Below, in pieces: positions 55,340-64,000 of a stretch of DNA of 64,000 nucleotides (positions are counted from its first letter, which is position 1; every line of letters begins with the position of its first letter). A program made the position numbers and the translations under genes. The notes below the pieces were generated by a model. That model did not search any database, was not told the DNA's origin, and saw only the letters and a program-made list of their open reading frames with translations. This DNA comes from an uncultured virus (IMG/VR IMGVR_UViG_3300027869_000007) (taxonomy: Duplodnaviria > Heunggongvirae > Uroviricota > Caudoviricetes): IMG/VR virus record IMGVR_UViG_3300027869_000007; one strand, written 5' to 3'.

Positions 55340-55558
55340 CCATAGACATCTGCAGCGTGGCCAGATGACACGCATGATCGCGAGCATGGTCAAGAATCAA
55401 ACCCCGGACAGCTAGTAATAGCTGGATCTAAGTAAGAGGGGACTGTGAGAAAAAGGGCTCGCATACAGTAGGTAGCAGGTTCTCGCGACAGCAGGCGTCC
55501 CGGTTACAGCCTGCATGTACAGACCAAGCCGGGGCAGGACCGGCCAGGTGTCTTTGGT
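55339..55558 (+). ncRNA. Candidate multi-stem structured RNA upstream of rtcB
   Basis: Closing stem 55339-52/55545-58; CCCCGG/CCGGGG; CAGCTA-GTAA-TAGCTG; ACTGT/ACAGT; GCAGGC/GCCTGC. Confidence 0.55.
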
Positions 55559-55575
55559 GTTAATTAGGAGGGACC

Positions 55576-56820
55576 ATGAGTATCGATACGTTAAGGGGGC
55601 AATCAGTCCCCATAAAACTGTGGACTCCTGTCGAGGAAGTCGAATCAAGTGCGCTTGATCAGCTAAAGAACGTCGCATCACTTCCATGGGTTTTTCATCA
55701 CGTCGCTGCAATGAGCGATGTCCATTACGGAATAGGCGCAACAGTAGGCTCTGTAATTGCCATGAAAGGAGCGTTAGCTCCGGCAGCCGTTGGAGTTGAT
55801 ATTGGATGTGGTATGGCAGCTGTTCGTACTAATCTAACTGCCAGCGATCTTCCAGATAACCTAAAACCTATTAGACTCGAACTTGAGCGACGTATTCCAG
55901 TAGGGCCAAATTCTCATGAAGAGTCTTTAGTCAAGCGTTCAAACCAGCTTTTCAAAGAGTTTGTCACTCTTCATCCTAAGGTCCAAGACCTAGAAGGGCG
56001 TGCGCGAAAGCAATGCGGCACGCTTGGTGGTGGAAACCATTTTATCGAGCTATGTCTAGACGATGGAAAGTGTTATGCGTGTTACGGCAGAGGGTGGGAA
56101 CCTGATAATTTTCAATGTTCAGTGTGTCATGGTGAGAAAAAGCTAGAACCTCGGGTCTGGATGATGCTTCACTCAGGTTCTAGGAACATTGGTAAAGTTC
56201 TGGCCGAAATTCATATTGGTGTAGCACGAAAACTTATTCATAATACTATGTTGCCAGATCGTGATCTAGCTGTATTTCTATCTGGTACTCCAGAAATGGA
56301 AGCATATCGACGTGACTTATACTGGGCGCAGCAATATGCGTTTGAAAACAGAAAGATGATGCTTTCTATTTATGAAGACATCATGATCAAGTTCTTCCCT
56401 AAGGCGAAGTTTGACAGAGCCATTTCTTGTCACCACAACTACGTCTCAGAGGAAAATCACTTCGGCGAAGACGTCATTGTGACTCGCAAGGGAGCAATTA
56501 GTGCTAAGACAGGCGAGTTTGGGATAATTCCTGGGTCTATGGGGACAAAGTCTTATATTGTTCAAGGACTGGGGAACGACGAGTCTTTTAGATCTGCTTC
56601 ACACGGAGCGGGGAGAAAGATGTCCCGAGGGAAGGCGAAGAATACTTTTTCGCTTGACGATTTTCTTGATCAGACGCAAGGTGTGGAGTGCAGGAAAAGC
56701 CAAGAATTCATAGACGAAATTCCAGGCGCGTACAAAGATATAGACAAGGTTATGGAATATCAAAGTGATTTGGTTAAGGTTAAAGCGGTGCTGAAGCAAG
56801 TTTTGTGTGTGAAGGGATAG
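55576..56820 (+). CDS. rtcB: RtcB RNA ligase
   Basis: MSDVHYG, VGVDIGCG, GTLGGGNHFIE, HSGSR, HHNY, RKGA, PGSMG, SHGAGR, DEIPGAYK. Confidence 0.95.
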   Translation: MSIDTLRGQSVPIKLWTPVEEVESSALDQLKNVASLPWVFHHVAAMSDVHYGIGATVGSVIAMKGALAPAAVGVDIGCGMAAVRTNLTASDLPDNLKPIRLELERRIPVGPNSHEESLVKRSNQLFKEFVTLHPKVQDLEGRARKQCGTLGGGNHFIELCLDDGKCYACYGRGWEPDNFQCSVCHGEKKLEPRVWMMLHSGSRNIGKVLAEIHIGVARKLIHNTMLPDRDLAVFLSGTPEMEAYRRDLYWAQQYAFENRKMMLSIYEDIMIKFFPKAKFDRAISCHHNYVSEENHFGEDVIVTRKGAISAKTGEFGIIPGSMGTKSYIVQGLGNDESFRSASHGAGRKMSRGKAKNTFSLDDFLDQTQGVECRKSQEFIDEIPGAYKDIDKVMEYQSDLVKVKAVLKQVLCVKG

Positions 56821-56848
56821 AAAGATGCGAAAGCAGTAAGGAGGTTTT

Positions 56849-57328
56849 ATGTTGGAATTAAACGAAAAGGAATCTAAGCTTTTAAGCACGATGAAGGCTT
56901 CGAACGGACCTGTGACTATCGCCGACGCTGCAAACGAATGCTGGGGAGACAAGAGCAAGGAACAGGCACAATCGTGGGTAAGAAACTGTCTTAGGAAGCT
57001 TGTAACGCTAAAACTGGTAAATCAAGTAGGTCGTGGTACTTATGAAGTGTCAAGGCTTGTTAAGGTTCTATCTGAGGATAAGGACGTAGATAAAAAGGTA
57101 GACAAGAAAGCACGAAAAGAGCTGATAGCTAAGCGTGCCGAGGCGGTCAATAAAAGAGAAGAGGAAGTCGTGTATGAAGCGGAGGATACATTATCGTTAG
57201 CAGATGACGAAGACGAGGATATGGACGAAGACGGGTGTCCTAATGACGATGACGAAGTGTACGATGATGATGATGAAGACGAAAATGAAGATGAAGACGA
57301 CGACGAAGACGAACAAGAAGAGGATTGA
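56849..57328 (+). CDS. Winged-helix protein with highly acidic tail
   Basis: VTIADAA..WVRNCLRKLV..VGRGTY followed by a D/E tract. Confidence 0.65.
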   Translation: MLELNEKESKLLSTMKASNGPVTIADAANECWGDKSKEQAQSWVRNCLRKLVTLKLVNQVGRGTYEVSRLVKVLSEDKDVDKKVDKKARKELIAKRAEAVNKREEEVVYEAEDTLSLADDEDEDMDEDGCPNDDDEVYDDDDEDENEDEDDDEDEQEED

Positions 57329-57533
57329 AACACAAGTTCACAGGAGCGCGACGCCGAGCGCAGGCGGAAGTAGTACCTTCATCTACAGCTCTTGATAATA
57401 ACAAAAACAGCAGGAGGTTCCTCGGATGTGATATAAACGAAAACGATTGCAACAAACAGGTTAACAAAAACCATGACAAAAGCACAAACTGGCATGAAGT
57501 CTGAAAACGCAAACGTAGGAGAAATCTAAGAAA

Positions 57534-58379
57534 ATGGCAAATCTACCCCCTGAGCTAGCACAAGAAGTCGGTCGTTCTCGTTCCGCCGGAGGTGGGACCA
57601 ACATCCAGCATGGAGATTACATCTTCATGATCAGGAAGTGTTTCTTCCAGAAGATTCAGCATGCGTGCGTTATCACCGAGCTTATGACTATCGAGGCTAA
57701 GGCTAAGCGAGTTTTCGAAGGCACCAAGGCCGTCGATCATGAGCCCAACCCGGTCGGTCAGGACTGTTCTAGCGTCATCGATTTCGACGGCAAGGGAGCA
57801 GCCTCGGCTAAGAACAATGTTCGTGACCTGGTTGTCGGACTCTTCGGTCTCGATAACAACGTAGCCGACGACATCGTCACTAAGACCTCAGCAGAGATGG
57901 TCTGCGACAACTCCCCGGCGATTGGTATGCTAATCTCCTGCTCCACCCACGCCAAGCCGATTAGGTCTAGGCCCGGCGATTTCATGACCGCCCTTCATTG
58001 GTCGTGCGTCGCTAAGCCTTTCACCGGCCTTAACGACGTAGCGTCGGTAAGGGCCCGCCTTGACGCTTTTGCACGAGGTGGTGCGGAGGCGTGTGTCAAG
58101 GTTGCTCTTGAGCAACTCCAGGCTGCTCGTAAGGCTGGAGCGACGATTGTGCCGCAGCAGGCACCGACTGAGTCTAGTTTCACGGCTCCGTCTTTGGTTT
58201 CTACGCCTGCTGTTCCTTCGGCTCCTTCGTTCCCTCCTGTTCTACAGGCAGATCCGGTAGCTGCAGCTCTTTCAGCAGGATGGCTACCGCATCCACAAAA
58301 CTCGGAATATCTCTATCATCCATCGTTGCCGCAAGGGCAGAATGTAAAGAAGAAGACCGAGTTTAACGGCGTTCAGTAG
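57534..58379 (+). CDS. Putative ssDNA-binding/replication protein
   Basis: Position in the replication module, beta-rich core, Pro-rich tail, biased codons. Confidence 0.45.
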   Translation: MANLPPELAQEVGRSRSAGGGTNIQHGDYIFMIRKCFFQKIQHACVITELMTIEAKAKRVFEGTKAVDHEPNPVGQDCSSVIDFDGKGAASAKNNVRDLVVGLFGLDNNVADDIVTKTSAEMVCDNSPAIGMLISCSTHAKPIRSRPGDFMTALHWSCVAKPFTGLNDVASVRARLDAFARGGAEACVKVALEQLQAARKAGATIVPQQAPTESSFTAPSLVSTPAVPSAPSFPPVLQADPVAAALSAGWLPHPQNSEYLYHPSLPQGQNVKKKTEFNGVQ

Positions 58380-58386
58380 CAGGTTT

Positions 58387-58449
58387 CCAGGGCGCGCTAT
58401 CTTCAGGGTCCTCCTCCTTCCCTGTCGGTGGCGCGCCCTGGTCTTTTTT
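58387..58449 (+). terminator. Intrinsic terminator
   Basis: CCAGGGCGCGC...GCGCGCCCTGG followed by TCTTTTTT. Confidence 0.7.
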
Positions 58450-59668
58450 GGAGGGAGCCTTGTTTCACTGGACCGACGAGCAGAACTACGCTCTAGACGC
58501 TATTGACAAGTGGTCATGCAGCGGAGAACCGTTTTTCTCTCTTACAGGTCCAGCAGGAACGGGAAAAAGTACACTACTTCGCGAGGTAGCTGCCAGGTTT
58601 ACAGGAGCACATTTAGCAGCTATGACTGGAAAAGCTGCGCTTAGGCTTTCTCAATGTACTGGTCAGACGGCTACAACGCTTCATTCGGTTTTGTATTATC
58701 CTCCTAAGCCTGGTGAGTCGGTTAAATTTACTCGTACCAGGGAGCCAGAATCGTCGATCTATACGGTAGATGAAAGCTCTATGCTAACACCTGTTATATT
58801 TAACGACATGAAAAAGTGGGCGAGACAGGGTGTTAAGTTTCTTCTTGTAGGTGATTCGTTTCAGCTTCCTCCCGTAATTACAGCCGAAGAAGCACGTGAA
58901 CACGGACAAGACTACAGCGTTTTCTGTTTCGTAAAAGGTGTCGAATTAAAGACTGTGTTGAGAAACGCTGGCGGTGTTCTTCGCGCCGCGACTAAGGTAC
59001 GCGAAACAGGTCAAATTTGTCGTGAATCGGACGAAGGGTATGAGTATTTAGAGTGCAACTCGTCGATGGAAAAAGCTGTAGACGACTATTGCAATGACAT
59101 GCATGACCACTTGTTGATTACTTGGAGAAATGCCGTTCGAATGGCTGCTAATCGTATGGTGAGACAGCGACTTGGACATGAAGGAGAACTTCCAGATGAA
59201 GGAGAGCCGGTTCTAATTCGTAGAAACGGCGGTGGGTATCTAAACGGAGAAATTGTAATTTGTGGCGGATTTGAAGTAGGTCCTAAGCTTGGGTCGATGA
59301 ACACTCTTTGGATGACGGTTAAAGGAAATTATAACAAGCTATTAGTATCTTATGAAGGCAAGGAAGAGTTTTTCGACGGACAAACGCCATGGATTGAGAA
59401 CTGGAAGAAATATCATATAGATTTGAATAAGGCATGCTTGAATGAGCCGGTACCAATCAGTTGGGGTTATGTTCTTACAGGCCATCAATGCCAGGGGTCA
59501 CAAGCTAGAAGAACTACCGTTTTTCTACAAAACGGCGATGAGAGAAGTTCTAACTTTTTAAGGATGACTACACTGCCGTCAGGCGAAAAGGCAAGTACCA
59601 TGTCCAGATGGTGCTATACCGCTCAGACGCGCTCAGTTGAGCGAACCACCATGATCGTGGGCAGATGA
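58448..59668 (+). CDS. RecD/Dda-like SF1 helicase
   Basis: GPAGTGKS, TGKAA, VDESSM, GDSFQLPPV, TGHQCQGS, YTAQTR. Confidence 0.9.
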   Translation: MEGALFHWTDEQNYALDAIDKWSCSGEPFFSLTGPAGTGKSTLLREVAARFTGAHLAAMTGKAALRLSQCTGQTATTLHSVLYYPPKPGESVKFTRTREPESSIYTVDESSMLTPVIFNDMKKWARQGVKFLLVGDSFQLPPVITAEEAREHGQDYSVFCFVKGVELKTVLRNAGGVLRAATKVRETGQICRESDEGYEYLECNSSMEKAVDDYCNDMHDHLLITWRNAVRMAANRMVRQRLGHEGELPDEGEPVLIRRNGGGYLNGEIVICGGFEVGPKLGSMNTLWMTVKGNYNKLLVSYEGKEEFFDGQTPWIENWKKYHIDLNKACLNEPVPISWGYVLTGHQCQGSQARRTTVFLQNGDERSSNFLRMTTLPSGEKASTMSRWCYTAQTRSVERTTMIVGR

Positions 59669-62142
59669 TCGACAAATCAAAAATTTTCGCCTTCGACACC
59701 GAAACTTATAGGTTTTCGCCAGGAAACCTAGCACCGAAAATCGTATGTGCATCGATATCTGAAATCGTCAATGGAAAACCGAAAGGAAAACTTCTAGTAG
59801 TAACAGACAACATTATTCAACGTTTTGAACAGCTCATAGAAGCTGACAGTCTTATTGCGTTTGCTAACGCTCCTTATGACTTGGCAGTTATAGCACAAGC
59901 ATCCCAAGAGCTGCTACCACTTATATTTCGTGCTATAGAAAAAGGTCAAATTCACGACATACTTACAGCAAGAGCGCTTAACGATATTTACGGAGGTCAT
60001 TTATTTCTAAATCCGAATATGACCGAATTGAGAAATCCGTCTACTGGTAAAATCACACACCGATATAGCCTTGCTCTTGTTACTCAACTAGTTCTAGGTA
60101 GGACAGACGCTAAGAAGAACGATGCATGGAGAGAGTCTTATGCGCTTCTAGACAATATACCACCTGAAAGATGGTCTGAAGAAGCGAGAGTCTATCCTGT
60201 AGACGATACCGACAACACACTTGAAGTCGCAATCGCGCAAATTGAAGGAATAGGAAAGCACGATTGGATAGTAGTTCCCGCCTCATCGACAATTTGCAGG
60301 CATTGCGGAGAGACATATAGCTTTGATATCGACGGTTTAGCATGCCTAAAAGCACCCAAGGAACCGCATAAAAATCTCAACAATTTACCGGCGCAGGTTG
60401 AAGCCGATTTTGCAGCGCATCTTGGAGCTTGTCATGGTCTACGAACCGACCCCAAAAGTGTGGAGAAGCTTTCTGCTCTAGTAGAAGAGAAGCATGCAAT
60501 AGCTGTAAAAAGATTCAAGGCAAAGGGCTGGATAAGAGAAGACGGTACCGAAGACCAGTGCGCCGTAAAGAGAGCTGTAGCTATTGCTTATGGCGCTACA
60601 GGCAATTGCTCAAAGTGCGGCGGCAGCGGTAAGGTACAAAAGTCTAAACTGGAAGATTGTCGAGGCATAAAAGAGAAAAACCGATTTAAGGGATGCCTTG
60701 GTGTCGATTGTGAAGTGTGTTTTGGAAGTCTAAAAGTCGAAAAAATACAAAAGAAACCAGTTACTTGTAAGAATATTTTTGACAAAAATACCGGTGACAT
60801 GATCGAGGGAGGATGTGACGGAACAGGGTTAGATTTATCGACAGCTCCGATGCTACCAAGGACTGAAAAGCAAGGTGTTAAAACCGATAGAGACGCTTCT
60901 ATGGAGAGCGGCGATGAAGACATCTCAGATTACGGTGAAAATGAATTTGAAAAATCATTGTCTACCTACGTACCATACCTTCGTAGTGGTATCGACAAAC
61001 CTTTATCCTATAGCCCAAACGTCCTCGTCGCTACCGGTCGCTATTCGTATGAAGGTTCTCCAATGCACCAAATGCCTCGCGACGGTCTTGAGCGAGAGTG
61101 TATAAGAGCACGAGGAGCGTGGTGCGGCTATCCTGAGGAGATGATTTTAGGAGCAACTGATTATCAAGCCGGAGAACTTTGTACGTTAGCACAATATTGC
61201 TACTGGGTGTTCGGTTACTCGCAGATGAGAGAGATTATCAATCATACCGGGGAACCAGGAATACTACACTCAGATCTAGCAGCTGAGGTTCTCGGACTAT
61301 CTCTTCCTGAATTTCTCTCAAGACTTAAAGCTAAAGATAAACAGGCAAAGGATTTTCGATACGCTTCAAAGTCTATCAATTTCGGTCGACCAGGAGGCAT
61401 GGGAACTCCTAAGCTTATAATTACAAATAGAAAGAAGAACGCAGGATTTACTTTATGTGAAAACGGTCCTGCAACTAATAAAAAGGGTGAGACGGGCTAT
61501 TGGGGAATTCGTTACTGCATTCTAGTAGGAGGAGCTAAGCAGTGTGGGACGGAGAAGATTTTGACATGGAAAGACAGAGCCTGCGCCCCGGTTTGTGCTA
61601 CTTGTGCCGAAGTAGTTGAGAATATCCTTACCCCTGCCTATTTTCGCCGCTACCCGGAAGTGAAAGACCTTCACAGGTGGGTTGCCGACAAGATAGATCG
61701 GGGAGAGCCTTCACCTTGTGCTGTTTGGGACCCAGAAGTCGGTGCGCCGAAGATTGTTCGCCTGAGAGGAGGGTGTGACTTCCCCTCGTTTGCAAACAAC
61801 GTCTTTCAGTCCATGCTGTCAGATGTTATCAAGCATGCATACGTAGCGATGACCAAAGAGTGCTATCTTGGCGTAAAGTCTGACGGTTCGCCGTCGCCGT
61901 TGGCAGGATGTAGAATACCTATTGTTATGCATGATGAGCCTTTGTCGGAGCTGATCTTGAGGACAGCACACTTGTCGGCTCCTAGAATTGCAGAAATCAT
62001 GATGACTTCTGGACAAACACTAGCTCCTCATGTTAAATGGAAGGCTGAAAGTGCGATAGCTTTTAGGTGGTCAAAAAACATGGAACCCGTTTACAATGAC
62101 GGAATGCTTGTGCCGTGGGAGTCGGAGAAGGTGGCAGCATGA
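59665..62142 (+). CDS. polA: Family A DNA polymerase with 3'-5' exonuclease and Cys-rich insertions
   Basis: FDTET exonuclease; motif A DYQAGEL; motif B R..SKSINFG; motif C MHDE. Confidence 0.88.
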   Translation: MIDKSKIFAFDTETYRFSPGNLAPKIVCASISEIVNGKPKGKLLVVTDNIIQRFEQLIEADSLIAFANAPYDLAVIAQASQELLPLIFRAIEKGQIHDILTARALNDIYGGHLFLNPNMTELRNPSTGKITHRYSLALVTQLVLGRTDAKKNDAWRESYALLDNIPPERWSEEARVYPVDDTDNTLEVAIAQIEGIGKHDWIVVPASSTICRHCGETYSFDIDGLACLKAPKEPHKNLNNLPAQVEADFAAHLGACHGLRTDPKSVEKLSALVEEKHAIAVKRFKAKGWIREDGTEDQCAVKRAVAIAYGATGNCSKCGGSGKVQKSKLEDCRGIKEKNRFKGCLGVDCEVCFGSLKVEKIQKKPVTCKNIFDKNTGDMIEGGCDGTGLDLSTAPMLPRTEKQGVKTDRDASMESGDEDISDYGENEFEKSLSTYVPYLRSGIDKPLSYSPNVLVATGRYSYEGSPMHQMPRDGLERECIRARGAWCGYPEEMILGATDYQAGELCTLAQYCYWVFGYSQMREIINHTGEPGILHSDLAAEVLGLSLPEFLSRLKAKDKQAKDFRYASKSINFGRPGGMGTPKLIITNRKKNAGFTLCENGPATNKKGETGYWGIRYCILVGGAKQCGTEKILTWKDRACAPVCATCAEVVENILTPAYFRRYPEVKDLHRWVADKIDRGEPSPCAVWDPEVGAPKIVRLRGGCDFPSFANNVFQSMLSDVIKHAYVAMTKECYLGVKSDGSPSPLAGCRIPIVMHDEPLSELILRTAHLSAPRIAEIMMTSGQTLAPHVKWKAESAIAFRWSKNMEPVYNDGMLVPWESEKVAA

Positions 62143-63079
62143 TCGAAGTCGATGTCTCAGACTGGAGGCCATGTCCTTTTTGTGAAGGCAGATATGGCAA
62201 GGACGATACTGGAAAAGCCCTGTGCCATACTATTCCACCTTGTAACGAGTACGTCGACTTTGAGGCGAGAGACTTCTTGGTTTTAGCTAACAGGGCTGAG
62301 GAAAAGGCCAGGAAGATGAATTGATGTTACGAGAATGGAAAGATCTTACCGACAGAGAGCAAAAAACTGCTCTTGATGTTCTTCACGAAGCGCGCCAGAT
62401 GTGGAGCAAGCTGCGTGCTTTTGAGGTCGATCGTGAAGAACTGTTAGAAGTTGCTATTCAGTTCGTGGATAACTCTAGGAGAAAATTTGAAAAAGGTATC
62501 AAAGATAACAGCAAGAAAAACGGCCACAAAAACGGGAAAAAATAAGGCAGCCAAGCCAGCATGGTACGAACTCTCTCCTAGTTGTAGAGGAGGTCTTTAT
62601 AGATTTATGAGGCAGGAGAAAGACAGGCTTTTTTATTTTGATTCAGATGTGGAAGACACCTATCGTGCAGCTTTGGAGGTGTTGAGGTTGGCAGTGAGCG
62701 ATGAAAACGTTAAGAACGCTATTGCTAGAGCTGTATTTAACAGGCGTTGGGGTTAAAGATAATGTATTGCAACTACTGTGCAAAGCAGACTAATAAAACT
62801 TGCCGATGCGACAGGTTAATTCGTGGCGAAGATAAAAGTAATCTTGTAACTGAGCAGACTAAGCCTATGGAAGAAAGATCTTTTTTGCCAGTAGTATGGA
62901 ACCTAGTACTTGAAGATATGAAACTACGCGATCAAATAGGCAGGCAACGCTACGGTACGCCGTTGCAACCTTTCAACGGACGTGACGCTCTTGTAGACGC
63001 CTATCAGGAAGCACTCGATTTAGTTGTCTATCTGAGACAGGCCATCTGGGAGCGTGATAACAAAAAGGAAACACCGTGA
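62139..63079 (+). CDS. Four small hypothetical ORFs (62139-62324, 62321-62545, ~62451-62756, ~62747-63079)
   Basis: Overlapping starts and stops; the last has the common phage motif G..RYGTPLQPFNGRDALVDAYQEALDLVVYL. Confidence 0.55.
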
Positions 63080-63588
63080 CAAAAGCACAACTTCAGGTTC
63101 AAGAGTTTCACAGAGAAGTCGTAGGCAGTCCTACTTCGCCAGCAACTCCACAACTACGCGACTCGGAGTTGAGAGCAAGGCTCATTCTTGAAGAATCTTT
63201 TGAGACAGTCGTAGCCCTGGTAGGAGCCAAAAAAGCGATTTCGCTTATTAAACACGAACTAGATTCGTTACCTAGAACGAGCAGCAAACCGAGTTTGATT
63301 GAGACGATAGACGGTCTGTGTGATTTGTGGTATGTGTTACTTGGAACCGCAGAGACTATAGGAATCGATCTTGAGCCGTTCATGGACGAGGTTCACCGAT
63401 CGAACATGCTAAAGAAAGGTGCCGGTGTAGACAAGTACGGAAAGCAGTTGAAACCAAAGGGATGGAAGCCGCCTGATATTGCCGGGGTGCTTTGTGCTTA
63501 TCTTGCAGGTATCGGACCTCTGATGGGCCAATGGCCAGGAGAGGAGAGCGACGACGAAGTTTTCGACGCTCTTGAGAATGATGACTGA
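63076..63588 (+). CDS. MazG-like/all-alpha NTP pyrophosphohydrolase
   Basis: VQEFH..LILEE..E..DGLCDLWYV..EVHRSNM.K..GKQLKP.GW.PPD. Confidence 0.8.
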   Translation: MTKAQLQVQEFHREVVGSPTSPATPQLRDSELRARLILEESFETVVALVGAKKAISLIKHELDSLPRTSSKPSLIETIDGLCDLWYVLLGTAETIGIDLEPFMDEVHRSNMLKKGAGVDKYGKQLKPKGWKPPDIAGVLCAYLAGIGPLMGQWPGEESDDEVFDALENDD

Positions 63589-64000
63589 CACTCTAGCGGT
63601 AGACCCAGGAATCCGTGGATGCGGAGTAGCTCTATTTATAGAGGGCAAACTTTTAGAAGCAACTTATATAAAAAACCCTGTTAAAAAAGGCAATGACCCC
63701 GAAGTAAGCGCAAATATGGCTTACGAAGTTTTTGCCTGGTATTGCACTCAGATAGAAAAGTTTCCGGTTATCGATATAGAGCTGTTGTTAGAAAAACAGC
63801 AGACATATGGAGGTAAGGCAGCCAGAGGCGATGCTAATGATTTATTTCCTTTAGCTGCAATAAACGGAGCGTTGGTTGCTTATATTAAGTCGCGTCGAAC
63901 GATTTCTTATTTCCCTCGTGAGTGGAAGGGGAATGTAAACGCTGATATTATGATAGAGCGAATTAAAAGCAGGCTTACTACTGAAGAAATGTCGACGGTG
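63578..64000 (+). CDS. RuvC-like Holliday junction resolvase, partial
   Basis: Not in the ORF track. Reads MMTDTLAVDPGIRGCGVALF..LLLEKQQ..PREWKG and is open to the window end. Confidence 0.8.
   Translation, partial: MMTDTLAVDPGIRGCGVALFIEGKLLEATYIKNPVKKGNDPEVSANMAYEVFAWYCTQIEKFPVIDIELLLEKQQTYGGKAARGDANDLFPLAAINGALVAYIKSRRTISYFPREWKGNVNADIMIERIKSRLTTEEMSTV

Noticed and set aside
44714..57370. Diversity-generating retroelement TR/VR pair
   Set aside because: The match is only 30 bp and exact, with no adenine-specific mismatches, and there is no reverse transcriptase in the window.
57329..57533. CRISPR mini-array around the 30-bp duplicated segment
   Set aside because: No direct repeats flank it and no cas operon is present.

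Overview
A 64-kb segment of a dsDNA bacteriophage genome with two divergent arms that meet at about 35.3-35.5 kb. The left arm (minus strand, 1-35280) carries virion genes: fibre/spike proteins, a glycosylation cluster (four glycosyltransferases, a methyltransferase, an AsnB-like amidotransferase), many small membrane-anchored proteins, muralytic and peptidoglycan-binding proteins, a transglutaminase-like Cys protease split by a mini-intein, and a candidate 184-aa jelly-roll capsid protein. I cannot recognise a terminase, portal, HK97 capsid or tail gene, which points to a large tailless, membrane-containing virus. The right arm (plus strand) carries a sigma factor, class II RNR, primase, D5/SF3, SF2 and RecD-like helicases, a PD-(D/E)XK nuclease, RtcB, family A DNA polymerase, MazG-like and RuvC-like genes, plus a GC-rich array of small gene cassettes. 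Main signals: (1) a peptide tag (Y-h-x-G-[CS]-x-V-L-G and G-D-D-G-W-T-[DE]-I-[IV]-G) shared by more than 15 otherwise unrelated left-arm proteins next to the protease, suggesting a virion tagging/maturation system; (2) a 9/3 allo-tRNA-like gene with a UUA (ochre) anticodon; (3) a multi-stem RNA immediately upstream of rtcB. All calls come from motif reading by eye; no searches were run.
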